Positions 27,501 through 41,250 of a stretch of DNA of 64,000 nt are shown here, piece by piece. The number at the start of each line of letters is the position of its first letter. Positions within the stretch are counted from its first letter, which is position 1. This DNA comes from the human T2T-CHM13v2.0 reference genome, Homo sapiens. The notes under the pieces were generated by a model that worked only from the letters and a program-made list of their open reading frames with translations, ran no database searches and was not told where the DNA came from. The DNA lies in NCBI RefSeq assembly GCF_009914755.1, contig NC_060944.1, one strand, 5' to 3'. The position numbers and the translations under genes were made by a program.

Positions 27501-30500
27501 CTACAAAAAGACTATTTCAAAACTGCTCAATCAAAGGAAAGGTTCAACTCTGTGAGCTGAATGCACACAACACAAACAAGTTTCTGAGAATGCTGCTGTC
27601 TAGATTTTATGTGCGGATATTTCGTTTTCCACCATAGGCATCAAAGCGCTCCAAATATCCAACCGCAGATTGTACAAAAATAGTGTTTCAAAACTGCTCT
27701 ATCAAATAAAAAGTTTCAACTCTGTGAGTTGAATGCACACATCACAACGAAGTTTCTGAGAATGCTTCTGCTCTAGTTTTTTCTGTGAAGGTGTTTCCTT
27801 TTCCACCATAGGCCTCAAAGCGCTCCAAATATCCACTTTCAGATTCCTGAAAAAGAGTGTTTTAAAACTCCTCTATCAACATAAGTGTTCAACTCTGTGA
27901 GTTGAATGCACACATCACAAAGATATATCTGAGAATGCTTCCGCCTAGTTTTTATGTGTAGGTATTTCCTTTTCCACCATAGGCCTCAAAGCACTCCAAA
28001 TATCCACTTTCAGATTCTAGAAAAAGAGTGATTTAAAACTGCTCTATCAACAGAAAGGATCGACTCTGTGAGTTAAATGCACTTATCACAAAGAAGTTTC
28101 TGAGAATGCTTCTGTCTAGTTTTTATGTGAAGATATTTCCTTTTCCACCATAAGCCTCAAAGCACTCCAAATATCTACTTACAGATTCTACAAAAGGAGT
28201 TTCAAAACTGCCCTACAAAAGAAAGGTTCAACTCTGTGAGTTGAATTCACACATCACAAAGAAGTTTCAGAGAATGCTTCTGTCTAGTTTTTATGTGAAG
28301 ATATTTCCTTTTACACCATAGGCCTCAAACCGCTCCAAATATCCACTTGCAGATTCAGCAAAAAGACTTTTTCAAAACTGCTCAATCAAAGGAAAGCTCA
28401 ACTCTGTGAGTTGAATGCACACAACACAAACAAGTTTCTGAGACTGCTGCTGTCTAGTTTTTATGGGCGGATATTTCCTTTTCCACCACAGGCATCAAAG
28501 CGCTCCAAATATCCAACTGCAGATTCTACAAAAAGAGTGTTTCAAAACTGCTCTATCAAAGAAAGGTTCAACTCTGTGAGTTGAATGCACACATCACAAA
28601 GACGTTTCTGAGAATGCTTCTGCTCTAGTTTTTTTGTGAAGGTGTTTCCTTTTCCACCATAGGCCTCAAAGCGCTCCAAATATCCACTTGCAGATTCTTC
28701 AGAAGGAGTGTTTCAAAACTGCTCAATCATAGGAAAAGTTCAACTCTGTGAGTTGAATGCACACAACACAAAGAAGATTCTGAGAATGCTTCTGTCTAGT
28801 TTTTATGTGAAGATATTTCCTTTTACACCATAGGCCTCAAACTGCTCCAAATATCCACTTGTGGATTCTACAAAAAGACTTTTTCAAAACTGCTCAATCA
28901 AAGGAAAGGTTCAACTCTGTGAGCTGAATGCACACAACACAAACAAGTTTCTGAGAATGCTGCTGTCTAGATTTTATGTGCGGATATTTCGTTTTCCACC
29001 ATAGGCATCAAAGCGCTCCAAATATCCAACCGCAGATTGTACAAAAATAGTGTTTCAAAACTGCTCTGTCAAAAAAAAAGGTTCAACTCTGTGAGTTGAA
29101 TGCACACATCACAAAGAAGTTTCTGAGAATGCTTCTGCTCTAGTTTTTTTTGTGAAGGTGTTTCCTTTTCCACCATAGGCCTCAAAGCGCTCCAAATATC
29201 CACTTTCAGATTCCTGAAAAAGAGTGTTTTAAAACTCCTCTATCAACATAAGTGTTCAACTCTGTGAGTTGAATGCACTCATCACAAAGATACTTCTGAG
29301 AATGCTTCCTCCTATTTTTTATGTGTAGGTATTTCCTTTTCCACCATAGGCCTCAAAGCACTCCAAATATCCACTTTCAGATTCTAGAAAAAGAGTGATT
29401 TAAAACTGCTCTATCAACAGAAAGGTTCGACTCTGTGAGTTGAATGCACTTATCACAAAGAAGTTTCTGAGAATGCTTCTGTCTAGTTTTTATGTGAAGA
29501 TATTTCCTTTTCCACCATAAGCCTCAAAGCGCTCCAAATATCTACTTACAGATTCTACAAAAAGAGTTTCAAAACTGCTCTACAAAAGAAAGGTTCAACT
29601 CTGTGAGTTGAATTCACACATCACAAAGAAGTTTCAGAGAATGCTTCTGTCTAGTTTTTATGTGAAGATATTTCCTTTTACACCATAGGCCTCAAACCGC
29701 TCCAAATATCCACTTGCAGATTCTGCAAAAAGACATTTTCAAAACTGCTCAATCAAAGGAAAGCTCAACACTGTGAGTTGAATGCACACAACACAAACAA
29801 GTTTCTGAGAATGCTGCTGTCTAGTTTTTATGGGCGGATATTTCCTTTTCCACCATAGGCATCAAAGCGCTCCAAATATCCAACTGCAGATTCTACAAAA
29901 AGAGTGTTTCAAAACTGCTCTATCAAAGAAAGGTTCAACTCTGTGAGTTGAATGCACACATCACAAAGACGTTTCTGAGAATGCTTCTGCTCTAGTTTTT
30001 TTGTGAAGGTGTTTCCTTTTCCACCGTAGGCCTCAAAGCGCTCCAAATATCCACTTGCAGATTCTTCAGAAAGAGTGTTTCAAAACTGCTCAATCATAGG
30101 AAAAGTTCAACTCTGTGAGTTGAATGCACACAACACAAAGAAGTTTCTGAGAATGCTGCTGTCTAGTTTTTATGTGAAGATATTTCCTTTTACACCATAG
30201 GCCTCAAACTGCTCCAAATATCCACTTGTGGATTCTACAAAAAGACTATTTCAAAACTGCTCAATCAAAGGAAAGGTTCAACTCTGTGAGCTGAATGCAC
30301 ACAACACAAACAAGTTTCTGAGAATGCTGCTGTCTAGATTTTATGTGCGGATATTTCGTTTTCCACCATAGGCATCAAAGCGCTCCAAATATCCAACCGC
30401 AGATTGTACAAAAATAGTGTTTCAAAACTGCTCTATCAAATAAAAAGGTTCAACTCTGTGAGTTGAATGCACACATCACAACGAAGTTTCTGAGAATGCT

Positions 30501-33500
30501 TCTGCTCTAGTTTTTTCTGTGAAGGTGTTTCCTTTTCCACCATAGGCCTCAAAGCGCTCCAAATATCCACCTTCAGATTCCTGAAAAAGAATGTTTTAAA
30601 ACTCCTCTATCAACATAAGTGTTCAACTCTGTGAGTTGAATGCACTCATCACAAAGATACTTCTGAGAATGCTTCCGCCTAGTTTTTATGTGTAGGTATT
30701 TCCTTTTCCACCATAGGCCTCAAAGCACTCCAAATATCCACTTTCAGATTCTAGAAAAAGAGTGATTTAAAACTGCTCTATCAACAGAAAGGTTCGACTC
30801 TGTGAGTTGAATGCACTTATCACTAAGAAGTTTCTGAGAATGCTTCTGTCTAGTTTTTATGTGAAGATATTTCCTTTTCCACCATAAGCCTCAAAGCGCT
30901 CCAAATATCTACTTACAGATTCTACAAAAAGAGTTTCAAAACTGCTCTACAAAAGAAAGGTTCAACTCTGTGAGTTGAATTCACACATGACAAAGAAGTT
31001 TCAGAGAATGCTTCTGTCTAGTTTTTATGTGAAGATATTTCCTTTTACACCATAGGCCTCAAACCGCTCCAAATATCCACTTGCAGATTCTGCAAAAAGA
31101 CATTTTCAAAACTGCTCAATCAAAGGAAAGCTCAACTCTGTGAGTTGAATGCACACAACACAAACAAGTTTCTGAGAATGCTGCTGTCTAGTTTTTATGG
31201 GCGGACATTTCCTTTACCACCATAGGCATCAAAGCGCTCCAAATATCCAACTGCAGATTCTACAAAAAGAGAGTTTCAAAACTGCTCTATCAAAGAAAGG
31301 TTCAACTCTGTGAGTTGAATGCACACATCACAAAGACGTTTCTGAGAATGCTTCTGCTCTAGTTTTTTTGTGAAGGTGTTTCCTTTTCCACCGTAGGCCT
31401 CAAAGCGCTCCAAATATCCACTTGCAGATTCTTCAGAAAGAGTGTTTCAAAACTGCTCAATCATAGGAAAAGTTCAACTCTGTGAGTTGAATGCACACAA
31501 CACAAAGAAGTTTCTGAGAATGCTTCTGTCTAGTTTTTATGTGAAGATATTTCCTTTTACACCATAGGCCTCAAACTGCTCCAAACATCCACTTGTGGAT
31601 TCTACAAAAAGACTATTTCAAAACTGCTCAATCAAAGGAAAGGTTCAACTCTGTGAGCTGAATGCACACAACACAAACAAGTTTCTGAGAATGCTGCTGT
31701 CTAGATTTTATGTGCGGATATTTCATTTTCCACCATAGGCATCAAAGCGCTCCAAATATCCAAACGCAGATTGTACAAAAATAGTGTTTCAAAATTGCTC
31801 TATCAAATAAAAAGTTTCAACTCTGTGAGTTGAATGCACACATCACAACGAAGTTTCTGAGAATGCTTCTGCTCTAGTTTTTTTTGTGAAGGTGTTTCCT
31901 TTTCCACCATAGGCCTCAAAGCGCTCCAAATATCCACTTTCAGATTCCTGAGAAAGAGTGTTTTAAAACTCGTCTATCAACATAAGTTTTCAACTCTGTG
32001 AGTTGAATGCACTCATCACAAAAATACTTCTGAGAATGCTTACGCCTAGTTTTTATGTGTAGGTATTTCCTTTTCCACCATAGGCCTCAAAGCACTCCAA
32101 ATATCCACTTTCAGATTCTAGAAAAAGAGTGATTTAAAACTGCTCTATCAACAGAAAGGTTCGACTCTGTGAGTTGAATGCACTTATCACAAAGAAGTTT
32201 CTGAGAATGCTTCTGTCTAGTTTTTATGTGAAGATATTTCCTTTTCCACCATAAGACTCAAAGCGCTCCAAATATCTACTTACAGATTCTACAAAAAGAG
32301 TTTCAAAACTGCTCTACAAAAGAAAGGTTCAACTCTGTGAGTTGAATTCACACATCACAAAGAAGTTTCAGAGAATGCTTCTGTCTACTTTTTATGTGAA
32401 GATATTTCCTTTTACACCATAGGCCTCAAACCGCTCCAAATATCCATTTGCAGATTCTGCAAAAAGACATTTTCAAAACTGCTCAATCAAAGGAAAGTCC
32501 AACTCTGTGAGTTGAATGCACACAACACAAACAAGTTTCTGAGAATGCTGCTGTCTAGTTTTTATGGGCGGATATTTCCTTTTCCACCATAGGCATCAAA
32601 GTGCTCCAAATATCCAACTGCAGATTCTACAACAAGAGTGTTTCAAAACTGCTCTATCAAAGAAAGGTTCAACTCTGTGAGTTGAATGCACACATCACAA
32701 AGACGTTTCTGAGAATGCTTCTGCTCTAGTTTTTTTGTGAAGGTGTTTCCTTTTCCACCATATGCCTCAAAGCGCTCCAATTATCCACTTGCAGATTCTT
32801 CAGAAAGAGTGTTTCAAAACTGCTCAATCATAGGAAAAGTTCAACTCTGTGAGTTGAATGCACACAACACAAAGAAGTTTCTGAGAATGCTTCTGTATAG
32901 TTTTTATGTGAAGATATTTCCTTTTACACCATAGGCCTCAAACTGCTCCAAATATCCACTTGTGGATTCTACAAAAAGACTATTTCAAAACTGCTCAATC
33001 AAAGGAAAGGTTCAACTCTGTGAGCTGAATGCACACAACACTAACAAGTTTCTGAGAATGCTGCTGTCTAGATTTCATGTGCGGATATTTCGTTTTCCAC
33101 CATAGGCATCAAAGCGCTCCAAATATCCAACCACAGATTGTACAAAAATAGTGTTTCAAAACTTCTCTATCAAATAAAAAGGTTCAACTCTGTGAGTTGA
33201 ATGCACACATCACAACGAAGTTTCTGAGAATGCTTCTGCTCTAGTTTTTTTTGTGAAGGTGTTTCCTTTTCCACCATAGGCCTCAAAGCGCTCCAAATAT
33301 CCACTTTCAGATTCCTGAAAAAGAGTGTTTTAAAACTCCTCTATCAACATAAGTTTTCAACTCTGTGAGTTGAATGCACTCATCACAAAGGTACTTCTGA
33401 GAATGCTTACGCCTAGTTTTTATGTGTAGGTATTTCCTTTTCCACCATAGGCCTCAAAGCACTCCAAATATCCACTTTCAGATTCTAGAAAAAGAGTGAT

Positions 33501-36500
33501 TTAAAACTGCTCTATCAACAGAAAGGTTCGACTCTGTGAGTTGAATGCACTTATGACAAAGAAGTTTCTGAGAATGCTTCTGTCTAGTTTTTATGTGAAG
33601 ATATTTCCTTTTCCACCATAAGCCTCAAAGCGCTCCAAATATCTACTTACAGATTCTACAAAAAGAGTTTCAAAACTGCTCTACAAAAGAAAGGTTCAAC
33701 TCTGTGAGTTGAATTCACACATCACAAAGAAGTTTCAGAGAATGTTTCTGTCTAGTTTTTATGTGAAGATATTTCCTTTTACACCATAGGCCTCAAACCG
33801 CTCCAAATATCCACTTGCAGATTCTGCAAAAAGACATTTTCAAAACTGCTCAATCAAAGGAAAGCTCAACTCTGTGAGTTGAATGCACACAACACAAACA
33901 AGTTTCTGAGAATGCTGCTGTCTAGTTTTTATGGGCGGATATTTCCTTTTCCACCATAGGCATCAAAGCGCTCCAAATATCCAACTGCAGATTCTACAAA
34001 AAGAGTGTTTCAAAACTGCTCTATCAAAGAAAGGTTCAACTCTGTGAGTTGAATGCACACATCACAAAGACGTTTCTGAGAATGCTTCTGCTCTAGTTTT
34101 TTTGTGATGGTGTTTCCTTTTCCACCGTAGGCCTCAAAGCGCTCCAAATATCCACTTGCAGATTCTTCAGAAAGAGTGTTTCAAAACTGCTCAATCATAG
34201 GAAAAGTTCAACTCTGTGAGTTGAATGCACACAACACAAAGAAGTTTCTGAGAATGCTTCTGTCTAGTTTTTATGTGAAGATATTTCCTTTTACACCATA
34301 GGCCTCAAACTGCTCCAAATATCCACTTGTGGATTCTACAAAAAGACTATTTCAAAACTGCTCAATCAAAGGAAAGGTTCAACTCTGTGAGCTGAATGCA
34401 CACAACACAAACAAGTTTCTGAGAATGCTGCTGTCTAGATTTTATGTGCGGATATTTCGTTTTCCACCATAGGCATCAAAGCGCTCCAAATATCCAACCG
34501 CAGATTGTACAAAAATAGTGTTTCAAAACTGCTCTATCAAATAAAAAGGTTCAACACTGTGAGTTGAATGCACACATCACAACGAAGTTTCTGAGAATGC
34601 TTCTGCTCTAGTTTTTTTTGTGAAGGTGTTTCCTTTTCCACCATAGTCCTCAAAGCGCTCTAAATATCCACTTTCAGATTCCTGAAAAAGAGTGTTTTAA
34701 AACTCCTCTATCAACATAAGTTTTCAACTCTGTGAGTTAAATGCACTCATCACAAAGATACTTCTGAGAATGCTTACGCCTAGTTTTTATGTGTAGGTAT
34801 TTCCTTTTCCACCATAGGCCTCAAAGCACTCCAAATATCCACTTTCAGATTCTAGAAAAAGAGTGATTTAAAACTGCTCTATCAACAGAAAGGTTCGACT
34901 CTGTGAGTTGAATGCACTTATCACAAAGAAGTTTCTGAGAATGCTTCTGTCTAGTTTTTATGTGAAGATATTTCCTTTTCTACCATAAGCCTCAAAGCGC
35001 TCCAAATATCTACTTACAGATTCTACAAAAAGAGTTTCAAAACTGCTCTACAAAAGAAAGGTTCAACTCTGTGAGATGAATTCACACATCACAAAGAAGT
35101 TTCAGAGAATGCTTCTGTCTAGTTTTTATGTGAAGATATTTCCTTTTACACCATAGGCCTCAAACCGCTCCAAATATCCACTTGCAGATTCTGCAAAAAG
35201 ACATTTTGAAAACTACTCAATCAAAGGAAAGCTCAACTCTGTGAGTTGAATGCACACAACACAAACAAGTTTCTGAGAATGCTGCTGTCTAGTTTTTATG
35301 GGCGGATATTTCCTTTTCCACCATAGGCATCAAAGCGCTCCAAATATCCAACTGCAGATTCTACAAAAAGAGTGTTTCAAAACTGCTCTATCAAAGAAAG
35401 ATTCAACTCTGTGAGTTGAATGCACACATCACAAAGACGTTTCTGAGAATGCTTCTGCTCTAGTTTTTTTGTGAAGGTGTTTCCTTTTCCACCGTAGGCC
35501 TCAAAGCGCTCCAAATATCCACTTGCAGATTCTTCAGAAAGAGTGTTTCAAAACTGCTCAATCATAGCAAAAGTTCAACTCTGTGAGTTGAATGCACACA
35601 ACACAAAGAAGTTTCTGAGAATGCTTCTGTCTAGTTTTTATGTGAAGATATTTCCTTTTACACCATAGGCCTCAAACTGCTCCAAATATCCACTTGTGGA
35701 TTCTACAAAAAGACTATTTCAAAACTGCTCAATCAAAGGAAAGGTTCAACTCTGTGAGCTGAATGCACACAACACAAACAAGTTTCTGAGAATGCTGCTG
35801 TCTAGATTTTATGTGCGGATATTTCGTTTTCCACCATAGGCATCAAAGCGCTCCAAATATCCAACCGCAGATTGTACAAAAATAGTGTTTCAAAACTGCT
35901 CTATCAAATAAAAAGGTTCAACTCTGTGAGTTGAATGCACACATCACAACGAAGTTTCTGAGAATGCTTCTGCTCTAGTTTTTTCTGTGAAGGTGTTTCC
36001 TTTTCCACCATAGGCCTCAAAGCGCTCCAAATATCCACCTTCAGATTCCTGAAAAAGAATGTTTTAAAACTCCTCTATCAACATAAGTGTTCAACTCTGT
36101 GAGTTGAATGCACTCATCACAAAGATACTTCTGAGAATGCTTCCGCCTAGTTTTTATGTGTAGGTATTTCCTTTTCCACCATAGGCCTCAAAGCACTCCA
36201 AATATCCACTTTCAGATTCTAGAAAAAGAGTGATTTAAAACTGCTCTATCAACAGAAAGGTTCGACTCTGTGAGTTGAATGCACTTATCACTAAGAAGTT
36301 TCTGAGAATGCTTCTGTCTAGTTTTTATGTGAAGATATTTCCTTTTCCACCATAAGCCTCAAAGCGCTCCAAATATCTACTTACAGATTCTACAAAAAGA
36401 GTTTCAAAACTGCTCTACAAAAGAAAGGTTCAACTCTGTGAGTTGAATTCACACATGACAAAGAAGTTTCAGAGAATGCTTCTGTCTAGTTTTTATGTGA

Positions 36501-39500
36501 AGATATTTCCTTTTACACCATAGGCCTCAAACCGCTCCAAATATCCACTTGCAGATTCTGCAAAAAGACATTTTCAAAACTGCTCAATCAAAGGAAAGCT
36601 CAACTCTGTGAGTTGAATGCACACAACACAAACAAGTTTCTGAGTATGCTGCTGTCTAGTTTTTATGGGCGGACATTTCCTTTACCACCATAGGCATCAA
36701 AGCGCTCCAAATATCCAACTGCAGATTCTACAAAAAGAGTGTTTCAAAACTGCTCTATCAAAGAAAGGTTCAACTCTGTGAGTTGAATGCACACATCACA
36801 AAGACGTTTCTGAGAATGCTTCTGCTCTAGTTTTTTTGTGAAGGTGTTTCCTTTTCCACCGTAGGCCTCAAAGCGCTCCAAATATCCACTTGCAGATTCT
36901 TCAGAAAGAGTGTTTCAAAACTGCTCAATCATAGGAAAAGTTCAACTCTGTGAGTTGAATGCACACAACACAAAGAAGTTTCTGAGAATGCTTCTGTCTA
37001 GTTTTTATGTGAAGATATTTCCTTTTACACCATAGGCCTCAAACTGCTCCAAACATCCACTTGTGGATTCTACAAAAAGACTATTTCAAAACTGCTCAAT
37101 CAAAGGAAAGGTTCAACTCTGTGAGCTGAATGCACACAACACAAACAAGTTTCTGAGAATGCTGCTGTCTAGATTTTATGTGCGGATATTTCGTTTTCCA
37201 CCATAGGCATCAAAGCGCTCAAAATATCCAACCGCAGATTGTACAAAAATAGTGTTTCAAAATTGCTCTATCACATAAAAAGTTTCAACTCTGTGAGTTG
37301 AATGCACACATCACAACGAAGTTTCTGATAATGCTTCTGCTCTAGTTTTTTTTGTGAAGGTGTTTCCTTTTCCACCATAGGCCTCAAAGCGCTCCAAATA
37401 TCCACTTTCAGATTCCTGAAAAAGAGTGTTTTAAAACTCCTCTATCAACATAAGTTTTCAACTCTGTGAGTTGAATGCACTCATCACAAAGATACTTCTG
37501 AGAATGCTTACGCCTAGTTTTTATGTGTAGGTATTTCCTTTTCCACCATAGGCCTCAAAGCACTCCAAATATCCACTTTCAGATTCTAGAAAAAGAGTGA
37601 TTTAAAACTGCTCTATCAACAGAAAGGTTCGACTCTGTGAGTTGAATGCACTTATCACAAAGAAGTTTCTGAGAATGCTTCTGTCTAGTTTTTATGTGAA
37701 GATATTTCCTTTTCCACCATAAGCCTCAAAGCGCTCCAAATATCTACTTACAGATTCTACAAAAAGAGTTTCAAAACTGCTCTACAAAAGAAAGGTTCAA
37801 CTCTGTGAGTTGAATTCACACATCACAAAGAAGTTTCAGAGAATGCTTCTGTCTAGTTTTTATGTGAAGATATTTCCTTTTACACCATAGGCCTCAAACC
37901 GCTCCAAATATCCACTTGCAGATTCTGCAAAAAGACATTTTCAAAACTGCTCAATCAAAGGAAAGGCCAACTCTGTGAGTTGAATGCACACAACACAAAC
38001 AAGTTTCTGAGAATGCTGCTGTCTAGTTTTTATGGGCGGATATTTCCTTTTCCACCATAGGCATCAAAGTGCTCCAAATATCCAACTGCAGATTCTACAA
38101 CAAGAGTGTTTCAAAACTGCTCTATCAAAGAAAGGTTCAACTCTGTGAGTTGAATGCACACATCACAAAGACGTTTCTGAGAATGCTTCTGCTCTAGTTT
38201 TTTTGTGAAGGTGTTTCCTTTTCCACCATAGGCCTCAAAGCGCTCCAAATATCCACTTGCAGATTCTTCAGAAAGAGTGTTTCAAAACTGCTCAATCATA
38301 GGAAAAGTTCAACTCTGTGAGTTGAATGCACACAACACAAAGAAGTTTCTGAGAATGCTTCTGTATAGTTTTTATGTGAAGATATTTCCTTTTACACCAT
38401 AGGCCTCAAACTGTTCCAAATATCCACTTGTGGATTCTACAAAAAGACTATTTCAAAACTGCTCAATCAAAGGAAAGGTTCAACTCTGTGAGCTGAATGC
38501 ACACAACACTAACAAGTTTCTGAGAATGCTGCTGTCTAGATTTCATGTGCGGATATTTCGTTTTCCACCATAGGCATCAAAGCGCTCCAAATATCCAACC
38601 CCAGATTGTACAAAAATAGTGTTTCAAAACTTCTCTATCAAATAAAAAGGTTCAACTCTGTGAGTTGAATGCACACATCACAACGAAGTTTCTGAGAATG
38701 CTTCTGCTCTAGTTTTTTTTGTGAAGGTGTTTCCTTTTCCACCATAGGCCTCAAAGCGCTCCAAATATCCACTTTCAGATTCCTGAAAAAGAGTGTTTTA
38801 AAACTCCTCTATCAACATAAGTTTTCAACTCTGTGAGTTGAATGCACTCATCACAAAGGTACTTCTGAGAATGCTTACGCCTAGTTTTTATGTGTAGGTA
38901 TTTCCTTTTCCACCATAGGCCTCAAAGCACTCCAAATATCCACTTTCAGATTCTAGAAAAAGAGTGATTTAAAACTGCTCTATCAACAGAAAGGTTCGAC
39001 TCTGTGAGTTGAATGCACTTATGACAAAGAAGTTTCTGAGAATGCTTCTGTCTAGTTTTTATGTGAAGATATTTCCTTTTCCACCATAAGCCTCAAAGCG
39101 CTCCAAATATCTACTTACAGATTCTACAAAAAGAGTTTCAAAACTGCTCTACAAAAGAAAGGTTCAACTCTGTGAGTTGAATTCACACATCACAAAGAAG
39201 TTTCAGAGAATGCTTCTGTCTAGTTTTTATGTGAAGATATTTCCTTTTACACCATAGGCCTCAAACCGCTCCAAATATCCACTTGCAGATTCTGCAAAAA
39301 GACATTTTCAAAACTGCTCAATCAAAGGAAAGCTCAACTCTGTGAGTTGAATGCACACAACACAAACAAGTTTCTGAGAATGCTGCTGTCTAGTTTTTAT
39401 GGGCGGATATTTCCTTTTCCACCATAGGCATCAAAGCGCTCCAAATATCCAACTGCAGATTCTACAAAAAGAGTGTTTCAAAACTGCTCTATCAAAGAAA

Positions 39501-41250
39501 GGTTCAACTCTGTGAGTTGAATGCACACATCACAAAGACGTTTCTGAGAATGCTTCTGCTCTAGTTTTTTTGTGAAGGTGTTTCCTTTTCCACCGTAGGC
39601 CTCAAAGCGCTCCAAATATCCACTTGCAGATTCTTCAGAAAGAGTGTTTCAAAACTGCTCAATCATAGGAAACGTTCAACTCTGTGAGTTCAATGCACAC
39701 AACACAAAGAAGTTTCTGAGAATGCTTCTGTCTAGTTTTTATGTGAAGATATTTCCTTTTACACCATAGGCCTCAAACTGCTCCAAATATCCACTTGTGG
39801 ATTCTACAAAAAGACTATTTCAAAACTGCTCAATCAAAGGAAAGGTTCAACTCTGTGAGCTGAATGCACACAACACAAACAAGTTTCTGAGAATGCTGCT
39901 GTCTAGATTTTATGTGCGGATATTTCGTTTTCCACCATAGGCATCAAAGCGCTCCAAATATCCAACCGCAGATTGTACAAAAAGAGTGTTTCAAAACTGC
40001 TCTATCAAATAAAAAGGTTCAACTCTGTGAGTTGAATGCACACATCACAACGAAGTTTCTGAGAATGCTTCTGCTCTAGTTTTTTTTGTGATGGTGTTTC
40101 CTTTTCCACCATAGGCCTCAAAGTGCTCCAAATATCCACTTTCAGATTCCTGAAAAAGAGTGTTTTAAAACTCCTCTATCAGCATAAGTTTTCAACTCTG
40201 TGAGTTGAATGCACTCATCACAAAGATACTTCTGAGAATGCTTACGCCTAGTTTTTATGTGTAGGTATTTCCTTTTCCACGATAGGCCTCAAAGCACTCC
40301 AAATATCCACTTTCAGATTCTAGAAAAAGAGTGATTTAAAACTGCTCTATCAACAGAAAGGTTCGACTCTGTGAGTAGAATGCACTTATCACAAAGAAGT
40401 TTCTGAGAATGCTTCTGTCTAGTTTTTATGTGAAGATATTTCCTTTTCCAACATAAGCCTCAAAGCGCTCCAAATATCTACTTACAGATTCTACAAAAAG
40501 AGTTTCAAAACTGCTCTACAAAAAAAGGTTCAACTCTGTGAGTTGAATTCACACATCACAAAGAAGTTTCAGAGAATGCTTCTGTCTAGTTTTTATGTGA
40601 AGATATTTCCTTTTACACCATAGGCCTCAAACCGCTCCAAATATCCACTTGCAGATTCTGCAAAAAGACATTTTCAAAACTGCTCAATCAAAGGAAAGCT
40701 CAACTCTGTGAGTTGAATGCACACAACACAAACAAGTTTCTGAGAATGCTGCTGTCTAGTTTTTATGGGCGGATATTTCCTTTTCCACCATAGGCATCAA
40801 AGCGCTCCAAATATCCAACTGCAGATTTTACAAAAAGAGTGTTTCAAAACTGCTCTATCAAAGAAAGGTTCAACTCTGTGAGTTGAATGCACACATCACA
40901 AAGACGTTTCTGAGAATGCTTCTGCTCTAGTTTTTTTGTGAAGGTGTTTCCTTTTCCACCGTAGGCCTCAAAGCGCTCCAAATATCCACTTGCAGATTCT
41001 TCAGAAAGAGTGTTTCAAAACTGCTCAATCATAGGAAAAGTTCAACTCTGTGAGTTGAATGCACACAACACAAAGAAGTTTCTGAGAATGCTTCTGTCTA
41101 GTTTTTATGTGAAGATATTTCCTTTTACACCATAGGCCTCAAACTGCTCCAAATATCCAGTTGTGGATTCTACAAAAGACTATTTCAAAACTGCTCAATC
41201 AAAGGAAAGGTTCAACTCTGTGAGCTGAATGCCCCAACACAAACAAGTTT

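Larger units (their letters stand above)
1..41250. repeat. Homogeneous HOR core domain (29 canonical 8-mers plus one 5-mer, then a partial unit)
   Basis: M1 marker spacing is 1,367 bp from 1 to 2735 and from 3586 to 40495 (27 units). Core alleles: M2 GGAAAGCTCAAC, M5 GACTATTTC and GAGCTGAAT, M6 AATAAAAA and CAACGAAG. Confidence 0.9.
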
